Assembly (NCBI GenBank): GCA_919901745.1
Contig: CAKKPP010000010.1
Span: 180 to 64,179 of the forward strand
Reading direction: 5' to 3'
DNA length: 64,000 nucleotides
Source: Chloroflexota bacterium
Lineage (GTDB): Bacteria; Chloroflexota; Limnocylindria; Limnocylindrales; CSP1-4
Part shown: positions 19,243-27,991 of the stretch, in pieces
How positions within the stretch are numbered: the first letter of the stretch is position 1
Layout: each line of letters opens with the position of its first letter
The notes under the pieces: model-generated
Told to the model about the DNA's origin: nothing
Database searches by the model: none
What the model saw: the letters and a program-made list of their open reading frames with translations, nothing else
Position numbers and translations under genes: made by a program

Positions 19243-22200
19243 ATGGCCCCAGGCACCAACGCGGTCCCCGTGACGAACACGACACGCGGCAAGAGAACCA
19301 GGAACGCCGCGAACGGGACCGGCTCGGCCGCCCGCACGCTGAGCGGACCGTGGGGCGCAAGCTTCGACGGCCGGGGCGCGAAGGGCCTCACGTTCCCGCG
19401 CCGCTGGACTCGTCCGGACGTCCACCCGTACGACGAGATCACCTGGGAACAGCGCACGGCCGGCATCTCCAACGAGAGCGGCAAGAGCGTCTTCGAACAG
19501 ACCGACGTCGAGGTGCCCTCGTTCTGGAGCCAGCTGGCCACCAACGTCGTCGTCAGCAAGTACTTCCGCGGGCATGTCGGCACGCCAGAGCGGGAGCGCA
19601 GCGTCAAGCAGCTCATCGACCGGGTCGTCAACACGATCGCTTCGTGGGCCGAGACGCGGCACTACTTCGCCACGGACGAGGACCTCGCCGCGTTCAAGGC
19701 GGAGCTGACCCACCTCCTCGTGCACCAGAAGATGGCCTTCAACTCCCCGGTCTGGTTCAACGTCGGCGTCGAGCCGAAGCCGCAGTGCTCCGCGTGCTTC
19801 ATCAATTCCGTCCAGGACAACATGAGCAGCATCATGGATCTCGCCAAGACGGAGGCGATGCTGTTCAAGTTCGGCAGCGGTGCCGGCAGCAACCTCTCGC
19901 CCATTCGCTCCAGCCGGGAGCGGATGACCGGCGGCGGCATCGCGTCCGGCCCCGTCTCGTTCATGAAGGGCTACGACAGCTTTGCCGGCGTCATCAAATC
20001 GGGCGGCAAGACCCGGAGAGCCGCGAAGATGGTCATCCTGGACGCCGACCATCCGGACGTCCTCGACTTCATCGATTCGAAGATGCTCGAGGAGAAGAAG
20101 GCCTGGGCCCTCATCGAGCAGGGCTACGACCCCAGCTTCACCGGCGAGGCCTACGCGAGCGTCTACTTCCAGAACGCCAACCACAGCGTTCGTGTCACCG
20201 ACGACTTCATGCGGGCGGTCGAAGCGGACGGCGACTGGACGACCCACGCCGTCGTCGACGGGGCCGAGATGGGCACGTACAAGGCCCGCGACATCTTCCG
20301 CCGGATGGCCGACGCCGCCCACCTCTGCGGCGATCCCGGGATCCAGTACGACACCACCATCAACGACTGGAATCCCGTTTCGAACTCGGATCGCCAGTAC
20401 GCCACGAACCCGTGCGTGACGGGCGACACGCTCGTCGCCACCGACGAAGGCTGGCGCTCGATCGAGTCGCTCGTGGGCGAGCGCGTCAACGTCATCGGCG
20501 CCGATGGGCAGCCCCATCCGGTCGATCGGATCTTCCCGACCGGCACCAAGCCGGTCTTCGAACTCAGGACGCGGTCGGGTTATCGCGTACGGATCACCGC
20601 CGATCACAAGGTCGCCACCACCCGTGGCGATGTCGCCGTCAAGGATCTGCAGCCGGACGACCGGATCTTCCTGAACGCGCCCGGCTTCGGACGCGAGCAG
20701 GTGGCGCCCGCCCTCGCCGAGGCGATCGGCCTCGCTGTCGGTGATGGTTGCCTCGCATGGACCGCCGTGGGCGAGATCGAACGGCCGATGATCATCCTGA
20801 CGATGCACGCGAACGAGGCGGGCGTCCTCGAGGCGGTCGCCGTGGAGCTCAACGACCAGAAGCGGAGCCTGAAGGCCGTCGGTTCGGTCGGGCGAAACGA
20901 CGACGTGCACGTGTCGATGGGTGCCACCGGATCGCGGTTGGCCTTCGCGTCCCGGCCTGTCGTCGAACAGTTCATGAGCTACGCCGTCCTCGATGAGGGC
21001 AGCACACTCAAGCGGTTCAAGCCAGCCGTCTACGGCCTCGACCGGACGTCCGTGGCGGCGCTCCTGCGAGGCCTCTTCACCGCGGACGGCACGGTCGTCG
21101 ACTCAGGCTCCAGGAGCCAGTACGTTGGACTGGACTCCACGTCGCTCGAGCTGCTCGAGCAGGTGCAGCGCCTCCTGCTCGGCTTCGGGATCAAGTCGAA
21201 GCTCTACGAGAATCGCCGAGGCGGCAAGTTCCAGGCGATGCTGCCGGACGGTCGTGGTGGCCTCAAGGCCTACCCGGTTCAAGAGATGCACTCGCTTCGG
21301 ATCACCCGAAGCTCGAGTGTCCGCTTCGAGCGCGAGATCGGCTTTGTCGCCGGCAGTCCCAAGGTGGCGAAACTGGCTCGCCTCAACGCCCGGGTCTCCA
21401 CGTACAGCGACGAGCTCATCGACGGCGTCGGATCGATCACACCGCTCGGCATGGAGCCCGTATTCGACCTGACAGAGCGGGCCACGAGCCACTTCGTCGC
21501 CAACGGGCTGGTTGTTCACAATTGCTCAGAATTTTCGTTCCTGAATGACACCAGCTGCAATCTTGCCAGCGTGAACCTCATGAAGTTCGTGGACGCGGAC
21601 GGCGAGTTCAACGTCGAGGACTACAAGTACGCCTGCCGCGTCACGATCACCGCCCAGGAGATCCTCGTCGACAACGCCAGCTACCCGACGCCGAGGATCG
21701 AGGAGAACTCCCATCGGTTCCGACCGCTCGGGATCGGCTACGCCAACCTCGGCGCGCTGTTGATGTCGCGTGGCCTGGCCTACGACAGTGACGAGGGCCG
21801 CAACTTCGCCGCTGCCCTGACGTCGATCATGACGGCCGAGGCCTACCGGCAGTCCGCGGTCATCGCCCGCGATCACGGCGGTGCGTTCGTCGAGTACCAG
21901 AAGAATGCGGCCCCGTTCCTGCGCGTCATGGGGATGCACCGGGATGCGGCCTACCAGATCCCGACGGAGGGTGTCCCGGCTGACGTGCTCGAGCAGGCCC
22001 ATCGGATCTCCGATGCGGCCCTCGAGCTCGGCCGGGAGCACGGCTACCGGAACGCGCAGATCAGCCTGCTCGCTCCAACCGGCACCATCGCGTTCATGAT
22101 GGATTGCGATACGACCGGCGTGGAGCCGGACATCGCGCTGATCAAGTACAAGAAGCTCGTCGGCGAGGGCTTCCTCAAGATCGTCAACCAGACCGTCCCG

Positions 22201-23403
22201 AGCGCCCTCCGGCAGCTCGGCTACACCGCGGACGAGGTCGAGGGAATCCTCGACTACCTGACCGAACACGAGACGATCGAAGGCGCGCCCAGCCTGAAGC
22301 CCGAGCACCTGCCGGTCTTCGACTGCGCCTTCAAGCCGGTCAACGGCGTGCGGTCCATCCACTACATGGGCCACGTCCGGATGATGGGCGCGATCCAGCC
22401 GTTCCTCTCCGGCGCCATCAGCAAGACCGTGAACATGCCCGAGGCGGCCACGGCCGAGGAGATCGAGCAGGTCTATCTCGAGGGCTGGAAGCGGGGCCTC
22501 AAGGCGATCGCGATCTATCGCGACGGCAGCAAGCGCAGCCAGCCACTGTCGACCGGCAAGAAGAAGGACGGCGACGTCGCCGATACCGAGGTCGTGACCA
22601 AGCTCAGGAAGCAGCTCGCCGCGGCCCAGGCCGAGGCGGCCCTGCCGCACCGCCGCCGGCTCCCGTCGGAGCGGACCGCGGTCACCCACAAGTTCGACAT
22701 CTCCGGCCACGAGGGCTACATCACGGTGGGCCTGTACCCGGACGGGCAACCCGGCGAGATCTTCCTGAAGATGGCCAAGGAGGGGTCCACGGTCTCCGGG
22801 CTGATGGACACCTTCGCAACCGCGGTCAGCGTCGCACTTCAGTACGGCGTGCCGCTGCGCGACCTGGTCAACAAGTTCGCCCACGTCCGGTTCGAGCCCA
22901 GCGGCTTCACCGGCAACGGCGAGATCCCGATCGCCAAGTCGGTGGTCGACTACATCTTCCGCTGGCTCGGTGGGCGGTTCCTGACCGACGACGACAAGGC
23001 GTCACTGGGGCTCATCGATCGCTCGGCGATCGTCTCGGAGCCGCCGGTCGAGGCCGCCGCTTCGGTGGTGGCCGCAGTCGCTGCGGTGGCTCCGTCCGCC
23101 GCGCCGGCTGCCGATTCCACGACGCCGGCGGCCACGGCCGTCGATCCGGGAAGCGAGTCCAACGCCCGGGAGGAGCTGTCGGTTCTGGCCAACGGCCATG
23201 CCAATGGTCACGCCAACGGCAACGCCACGGCGGCCAACGGATCCGGTGGCGGCGGCACGATGACGCTCTCGCTGGGCGGCACGAAGGTCGCCTTCGCCAC
23301 CCAGTCGGACGCGCCCGGCTGCGCCGAGTGCGGCTCGATCATGATCCGCAACGGCAGTTGCTACAAGTGCCTGAACTGCGGCAGCACGAGCGGCTGCAGC
23401 TGA
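19243..23403 (+). CDS. nrdJ: Vitamin B12-dependent (class II) ribonucleotide reductase, intein-containing
   Basis: FNSPVWFN, QCSACFI, GGKTRRAAKM, NP|intein|CSE, SCNLAS, APTGTI and SKTVN; C-terminal TSCPD domain and CxxC...CxxC ribbon. ATG after GGGAGGAG. Confidence 0.96.
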   Translation: MAPGTNAVPVTNTTRGKRTRNAANGTGSAARTLSGPWGASFDGRGAKGLTFPRRWTRPDVHPYDEITWEQRTAGISNESGKSVFEQTDVEVPSFWSQLATNVVVSKYFRGHVGTPERERSVKQLIDRVVNTIASWAETRHYFATDEDLAAFKAELTHLLVHQKMAFNSPVWFNVGVEPKPQCSACFINSVQDNMSSIMDLAKTEAMLFKFGSGAGSNLSPIRSSRERMTGGGIASGPVSFMKGYDSFAGVIKSGGKTRRAAKMVILDADHPDVLDFIDSKMLEEKKAWALIEQGYDPSFTGEAYASVYFQNANHSVRVTDDFMRAVEADGDWTTHAVVDGAEMGTYKARDIFRRMADAAHLCGDPGIQYDTTINDWNPVSNSDRQYATNPCVTGDTLVATDEGWRSIESLVGERVNVIGADGQPHPVDRIFPTGTKPVFELRTRSGYRVRITADHKVATTRGDVAVKDLQPDDRIFLNAPGFGREQVAPALAEAIGLAVGDGCLAWTAVGEIERPMIILTMHANEAGVLEAVAVELNDQKRSLKAVGSVGRNDDVHVSMGATGSRLAFASRPVVEQFMSYAVLDEGSTLKRFKPAVYGLDRTSVAALLRGLFTADGTVVDSGSRSQYVGLDSTSLELLEQVQRLLLGFGIKSKLYENRRGGKFQAMLPDGRGGLKAYPVQEMHSLRITRSSSVRFEREIGFVAGSPKVAKLARLNARVSTYSDELIDGVGSITPLGMEPVFDLTERATSHFVANGLVVHNCSEFSFLNDTSCNLASVNLMKFVDADGEFNVEDYKYACRVTITAQEILVDNASYPTPRIEENSHRFRPLGIGYANLGALLMSRGLAYDSDEGRNFAAALTSIMTAEAYRQSAVIARDHGGAFVEYQKNAAPFLRVMGMHRDAAYQIPTEGVPADVLEQAHRISDAALELGREHGYRNAQISLLAPTGTIAFMMDCDTTGVEPDIALIKYKKLVGEGFLKIVNQTVPSALRQLGYTADEVEGILDYLTEHETIEGAPSLKPEHLPVFDCAFKPVNGVRSIHYMGHVRMMGAIQPFLSGAISKTVNMPEAATAEEIEQVYLEGWKRGLKAIAIYRDGSKRSQPLSTGKKKDGDVADTEVVTKLRKQLAAAQAEAALPHRRRLPSERTAVTHKFDISGHEGYITVGLYPDGQPGEIFLKMAKEGSTVSGLMDTFATAVSVALQYGVPLRDLVNKFAHVRFEPSGFTGNGEIPIAKSVVDYIFRWLGGRFLTDDDKASLGLIDRSAIVSEPPVEAAASVVAAVAAVAPSAAPAADSTTPAATAVDPGSESNAREELSVLANGHANGHANGNATAANGSGGGGTMTLSLGGTKVAFATQSDAPGCAECGSIMIRNGSCYKCLNCGSTSGCS
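20413..21522 (+). mobile_element. Intein (370 aa) with LAGLIDADG homing endonuclease
   Basis: Starts CVTGDTLV, block B ITADH, endonuclease motifs LAVGDG and LRGLFTADG, ends FVANGLVVHN followed by extein Cys. Confidence 0.95.
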
Positions 23404-23433
23404 ACTCGTCCTCTCTGGGGGGAGAGCGGAAAC

Positions 23434-23462
23434 CAGGCCGGGAGTCGGGGGGCTCCCGGCCT
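23434..23462 (+). terminator. GC-rich hairpin after nrdJ (putative terminator, no U-tract)
   Basis: aggccgggag-tcgggggg-ctcccggcct. Confidence 0.5.
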
Positions 23463-23491
23463 CCTCGACTCGCGACCTGAGGAGCAGTGAC

Positions 23492-23629
23492 ATGACGGAC
23501 AAGAAGACCAGCAAGAAAGCCGCATCCGCCGCATCGAAGGTCCTCCGAGACGGCCGGACGGGCGGCGCCTCGAAATCGGCCGCGGGGAGTGCGTTGAGCC
23601 AACGCGAACCGAAGAAGAAGTCGAAGTAG
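23492..23629 (+). CDS. Small basic protein (45 aa), below the ORF-track cutoff
   Basis: GAGGAG RBS; MTDKKTSKKAASAASKVLRDGRTGGASKSAAGSALSQREPKKKSK; stop 12 nt before the TIR gene. Confidence 0.75.
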   Translation: MTDKKTSKKAASAASKVLRDGRTGGASKSAAGSALSQREPKKKSK

Positions 23630-23641
23630 TCAACGATCGAC

Positions 23642-24529
23642 ATGTCGCCATCGAAGCGACCGCCCGCCACAAGAGATCCTGAGCCAGGACGTCTCACGAC
23701 CACTCGGTCGTCGCTCGCGTCGGAACTATCGGATCGCATCGAACGCGGGAATGAGCTGCTCGGCCGCGTCCTGAATTCCGCCGAAGCTCTCAAGGCGACG
23801 CGGGCTGACTACTACACATGGGACGAGTACAACTCGCAGCTGCTCAGGAGACGCTTTACGACGGACGAGGTCGAGTCGGCCTACAGGGATCATGCGTTCA
23901 TTTCTGGCGGCCGGCAAAGCTTTGCCGAGGAGGTTTCCGAACTTCATGAGGACGTCCGGCGAAAACTGCGCCGGCTACGATCCGTTCAGGAGCAGCTTCC
24001 TCTTTACGACGAGCCAGCGCGCGTTGATGAGAAGCGCGCTGACGAGACCGTTGCCTCTCGCTCAACATCTGCGCCGCAGGGTGATTCGATCTTCGTTGTA
24101 CATGGCCATGACGAGGTCCGGAAACTCGAAGTGACCCGATTCCTGACCCAGGTCACTGACCATGCACCGACGGTTCTTCACGAGCAGTCGAACGAAGGGC
24201 GCACGATCGTGGAGAAGCTTGAGCACTTCGGCCGGCAGTCGGTTTTCGCCGTCGTTCTCCTGACGGCCGATGACGAAGGGCGCGAACGTCACTCCGAAGG
24301 CGTGCTGCTGCCGCGAGGCAGGCAGAATGTCGTCATGGAGCTCGGATTCTTCATTGCGGCGCTTGGCCGCTCGCACGTTGTGCTGCTCTACGAGAACGAG
24401 GTGGAGCTTCCGTCGGACATGGCAGGTGTCCTCTACGTCAGGCTCGATGACGCGGGCGGATGGAAGCTTGCTCTCGCCCGCGAGTTGAGTTCAGCTGGAA
24501 TCCCAACTGACCTGAATTCAGCCACGTAG
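23642..24529 (+). CDS. TIR-like domain protein (Cap12/Pycsar-effector-type TIR) with unknown N-terminal helical domain
   Basis: IFVVHGHD, LHEQ...TIVEKLE, FAVVLLTADD, RQNVVMELGFF and LPSDMAG; visibly more A/T-ending codons than the flanks. Confidence 0.88.
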   Translation: MSPSKRPPATRDPEPGRLTTTRSSLASELSDRIERGNELLGRVLNSAEALKATRADYYTWDEYNSQLLRRRFTTDEVESAYRDHAFISGGRQSFAEEVSELHEDVRRKLRRLRSVQEQLPLYDEPARVDEKRADETVASRSTSAPQGDSIFVVHGHDEVRKLEVTRFLTQVTDHAPTVLHEQSNEGRTIVEKLEHFGRQSVFAVVLLTADDEGRERHSEGVLLPRGRQNVVMELGFFIAALGRSHVVLLYENEVELPSDMAGVLYVRLDDAGGWKLALARELSSAGIPTDLNSAT

Positions 24530-24572
24530 ACCAAGCTCCCCGATAGACTCTCCAGGTAAGTCGGGAGGGGAC

Positions 24573-25085
24573 GTGGCGCTCAGCGAGGCGGATACCCGAA
24601 CGCAACTCATCGATCCGATCCTGCACGCGCGTGGGTGGACCGAGGATCTGATTCGGCGCGAGGAGACGCTCGGGACCGTTGAGATCGTCGATGGGCAGCC
24701 GCGGCGGCAGACGCATGGACGGACGGATTACACGCTCCGGGTGAAGACGGCGGCGGGGCCACAGCCGGTCGCGGTGGCGATCCTGGAGGCGAAGTCGGAG
24801 GACAAGTCGCCGACGTACGGCCTGGACCAGGCCAAGGTCTACGGCACCGAGGCGAAGCGCCTGAACGTCCCGTTCGTCATCGCGACGAACGGCCACCTCT
24901 GGACGCTCTTCGACCGTCGCTCGGCCAAGACCACGCCGATCCCCCGCCCCATGGCCGACTTCCCCACGCCTCAAGAGCTCCGAGACGCGTACGAGGACGC
25001 CGTCCGGATCGACCTCACGAGTCCCGCAGCCAAACCCCTCGCAATTCCCTATCGCGGCTGGAAGAACAGGATCACGATTCCGTAG
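24573..25085 (+). pseudogene. hsdR: Type I restriction enzyme R subunit, N-terminal nuclease fragment only
   Basis: SEADTR...IDP, DYTL...ILEAKSE, QAKVY and IATNG; the ORF stops before the helicase motifs. Confidence 0.8.
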
Positions 25086-25196
25086 AACTGACTGACTTCG
25101 GACACGCGAACTCCCGCGCGTCGGGCGGGAGGCAACATCGGTCAGCGTAGCGGCGCCCCCTTCACGGCTGATCACCTGTCGCATTCTTCCGGCGCC

Positions 25197-25514
25197 ATGA
25201 CCCCACGACCTGACACCCATCGCACCCCGCGGAACCAGATCACGCTGCGGCTGGATCGGGACCTCGTGTCCGCGATCAACGCACTGGCCGACGATGAGGG
25301 AACGGATCGCACCAAGCTTGCCCGTCGACTCCTGTCGGACGGCCTGGCCCAGCATCGGCTCAGGGCCGCGGTCGCGGATGTGGCGGCTGGGCGGCGCTCA
25401 ACCTGGCATGCCGCCGAGCGCGCCGGGGTGAGCCTCTACGAGATGCTGGACCGTGTGCCCGAAGCGGGCATCCCCTACCGGCTGGATCCCGAGGTCATCG
25501 AGCGGATTCGCTGA
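25197..25514 (+). CDS. Ribbon-helix-helix + UPF0175-like antitoxin
   Basis: QITLRLDRDL (RHH strand) and GRRSTWHAAERAGVSLYEML (UPF0175 pattern). Confidence 0.7.
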   Translation: MTPRPDTHRTPRNQITLRLDRDLVSAINALADDEGTDRTKLARRLLSDGLAQHRLRAAVADVAAGRRSTWHAAERAGVSLYEMLDRVPEAGIPYRLDPEVIERIR

Positions 25515-25729
25515 CGAGCGGGCCATCGATGTCATGCCCTCCCCGATCCGGCGGCGGCGCTTCCCTGTTCCAGTCGAGCGACCTGGGGATCCGTCTCCGA
25601 ACTGGGCAGCGCCTCCAGCTCGTCGGGCGGTCGAGGGCGACCGTACTTTTGGTTGAGTGACATCGAGAACATGCTCTCGACAATCGGGATCCTCTTCTCC
25701 GTAGGTCATGGACGGATCGAGCAAACACG

Positions 25730-27157
25730 ATGCAGAAAATCACAAGTCCGATGTCGTCGCTACCCGCTCTCATCTCACGGGGCATCCGGGCGGCAGGCGC
25801 TCTGGCGATCAGCATCGTCCTGACTGCCGGTCTGGCCCCCACGGTCCTGGCCGCCGACCCGACCCCTTCCCCGATCGTCTTCAGCCCGCCGCAACTCCTG
25901 GTCTGGGAGGACAAGCACAGCACGTACAACGGGCCGGTGGTCGATGGCTACTATGCCCTCGTCCCGAACAGTCAAGTCGATCCCAACGACAACGCTCACT
26001 TCATCCTGCCCGACGGGAGCGGCGGAGTCTTTCACTACTACGGGTACATCGTCTCGGGGCCGTTTGGCGGCTCGAACGATCTGTGCCCGAAGTTGCTGTC
26101 GCTCGGTATCGACTCCGTGTCGGACCTCCCCGGCTACAACTATCTCAGCGCGGACCAGTGCCGCGCCCTTCTGGCCCCGATCATCACCGCCGAGCCGGGT
26201 GTCACGGTGGATCCGTACGCCACGGAGGATCCGTACGCCACGGCGACCGACTCCGCCGGCGGCACGACCTACGATCGCCCGGGCGATTACGTCGAACCTG
26301 ATCCGATCTCACTCGAGATCGCGGCGGCGATCATCCTCGCGCTGCTCGGCATCGGCAGCCTCGGGGCTCTCGCTCGCATCTTCCACAAGGGCCCGTTCCA
26401 TCGTTCCGCCTCAAGCCAGGGTCAGTCAAACCCGCAATCCAATCCGTGCGCAGCCCAGATGGCGACCCTGGAGGCTGCCTCGTCCCACGCGCGCGGTCTC
26501 AACTCCGTTCTTGCGACGCTGCGCGAGTTCTACGCCGGTCTCGACGAGCAGATCGTGCTGATCGAGAAAGCCGAGATCCCGGCCACGCTCGGAGTGGATG
26601 TGGCCTTCCTGGCCGGCAGCTTTGCCAGCAAACTCGGACCGGGCCTGATTCCCAAGACCCTCCTCGGCAAGATCATGGACGGTCTCGCCAAGGATCAGGC
26701 CAAGAGCCTGGTCAAGAAGACCCTCGGTTCCGGGGGGTTCGGTCTGGCGGGCAAGATGCTGTCAGGCAAGGACGCCGGCGAGTCGGCCGCCAAGGCGACG
26801 CTCAAGGTCGCGCTCAAGGACGGACTCCTGGGCCACTATGCCGACGCGGCGATGAAGGACATCAGCGGCACTTCGTACAGCTCGGTGAAGAAGGCGGCGG
26901 GTGCGTGGAACGCCGCCGACAAGATCGCCGGCTCGATGGCTGATGCGGTGGGGCACCTGCTGACGCTCTACTCGAGCGGCGCGTCACTGGCGACACTCGT
27001 CCAGCAGTCGGCGATCCTGCGAGCGAAGGCGATGACGATCTATGGCGACATCGCCGATCTTCAGGAGGAATACGCCTCGGCCATGGGCGCGATGCACGAC
27101 GCCGCCGATCGACTCACCTTCTGTCAGAAGGTGAACGCCCCGGACTGGAAGCCGTAA
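25730..27157 (+). CDS. Hypothetical single-pass membrane protein with signal peptide and long helical C-terminal domain
   Basis: Signal peptide (...PTVLA/ADP), TM IAAAIILALLGIGSLGALA, Ala/Lys-rich helices. Confidence 0.75.
   Translation: MQKITSPMSSLPALISRGIRAAGALAISIVLTAGLAPTVLAADPTPSPIVFSPPQLLVWEDKHSTYNGPVVDGYYALVPNSQVDPNDNAHFILPDGSGGVFHYYGYIVSGPFGGSNDLCPKLLSLGIDSVSDLPGYNYLSADQCRALLAPIITAEPGVTVDPYATEDPYATATDSAGGTTYDRPGDYVEPDPISLEIAAAIILALLGIGSLGALARIFHKGPFHRSASSQGQSNPQSNPCAAQMATLEAASSHARGLNSVLATLREFYAGLDEQIVLIEKAEIPATLGVDVAFLAGSFASKLGPGLIPKTLLGKIMDGLAKDQAKSLVKKTLGSGGFGLAGKMLSGKDAGESAAKATLKVALKDGLLGHYADAAMKDISGTSYSSVKKAAGAWNAADKIAGSMADAVGHLLTLYSSGASLATLVQQSAILRAKAMTIYGDIADLQEEYASAMGAMHDAADRLTFCQKVNAPDWKP
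26203..26243 (+). repeat. 18-bp in-frame tandem duplication (DPYAT x2)
   Basis: cacggtggatccgtacgc cacggaggatccgtacgc cacgg. Confidence 0.7.
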
Positions 27158-27233
27158 CACCGCTTCGCGCCCCGTCGGATTGACCGCTGACGATTGTGCA
27201 TTATCATGCCCTCTACCGCATGGAGCGCAGAGC

Positions 27234-27512
27234 ATGCACACGAAGCAGTTCCTTTCGCCTGCTGATGTCGCCCGAGAGTTGGACATCAGCACCAGCACGG
27301 TCCTTCGCCTGATCCACTCGGGTGACCTGCCGGCGATCGCCGTATCGGCACGGATCTATCGCATCCCCACAGCGAGTTTCGAGATGTACAAGGCCGGGAC
27401 GCTCACCCGACCCACGACGGCGCCGCTCGGCGGGTCAAAGGCCCGACCGGAGATCGGGCGCGGTGAGCGCCTGCCGGCCGCTGCGCATCGCCCGTTGGCT
27501 CGGGCTCGCTGA
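27234..27512 (+). CDS. Excisionase-type (HTH_17) DNA-binding protein
   Basis: FLSPADVARELDISTSTVLRLIHSGDLPA...YRI; upstream TTGACC-16-TATCAT at 27180-27207. Confidence 0.8.
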   Translation: MHTKQFLSPADVARELDISTSTVLRLIHSGDLPAIAVSARIYRIPTASFEMYKAGTLTRPTTAPLGGSKARPEIGRGERLPAAAHRPLARAR

Positions 27513-27991
27513 TGGCGACGATCGGCGAACTGCGCCAGCATCTCGGCACGCTGTCCTCGATCCTCTGGAACTACGGCGGGACGTTCGCGGTCCCGACGCT
27601 CGACCGCTACGACCAGGGTGACATCGGGTTCTCGTTCGCGGCAGAGCTGCCGGGCGGATCGGAGCCGAAGCCGCCGCTCATCGAACTCACCGAGGTTTGG
27701 ACGCCCGAGCGCCGCGGTCGCTTCCGGCTCGTGGAGTACGCCTACGAGTTCGTCGATTACCCGCTCGCCCGGCGGCAGGCCTTCCACCGCCACGATCCGG
27801 AACGGTTCTCGCGTGAGTTCGGCGTCGTCGTTCACGAGCATTGCGAGGAGATCCTGGGCCAACCCGCATGCGATCACTACTACGGTCTGCCGATGGACGC
27901 CTACGAGGCGATCGAGCGCTTCCTGTCGTCCTGGGGGCAACCGACCCCGCTCGGATGTGCCGGGTTGCGCTGCATGGGCGAGGCCGCCTGA
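27512..27991 (+). CDS. Hypothetical His/Cys-containing protein
   Basis: TGATG-coupled on both sides; YAYEF...AFHRHD...HEHCE...CDHY. Confidence 0.75.
   Translation: MATIGELRQHLGTLSSILWNYGGTFAVPTLDRYDQGDIGFSFAAELPGGSEPKPPLIELTEVWTPERRGRFRLVEYAYEFVDYPLARRQAFHRHDPERFSREFGVVVHEHCEEILGQPACDHYYGLPMDAYEAIERFLSSWGQPTPLGCAGLRCMGEAA

Noticed and set aside
19030-22884. Long antisense ORFs (626 aa, 452 aa) opposite nrdJ, and similar ones window-wide
   Set aside because: Typical stop-poor shadow frames of high-GC coding DNA, with no motifs.
23642-24529. Complete CBASS/Pycsar/Thoeris system
   Set aside because: No cyclase, STING/cNMP domain or ThsA partner in the window.
27234-27512. Prophage/ICE excisionase marking a mobile element
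   Set aside because: No integrase, att repeats, or phage/conjugation genes seen.
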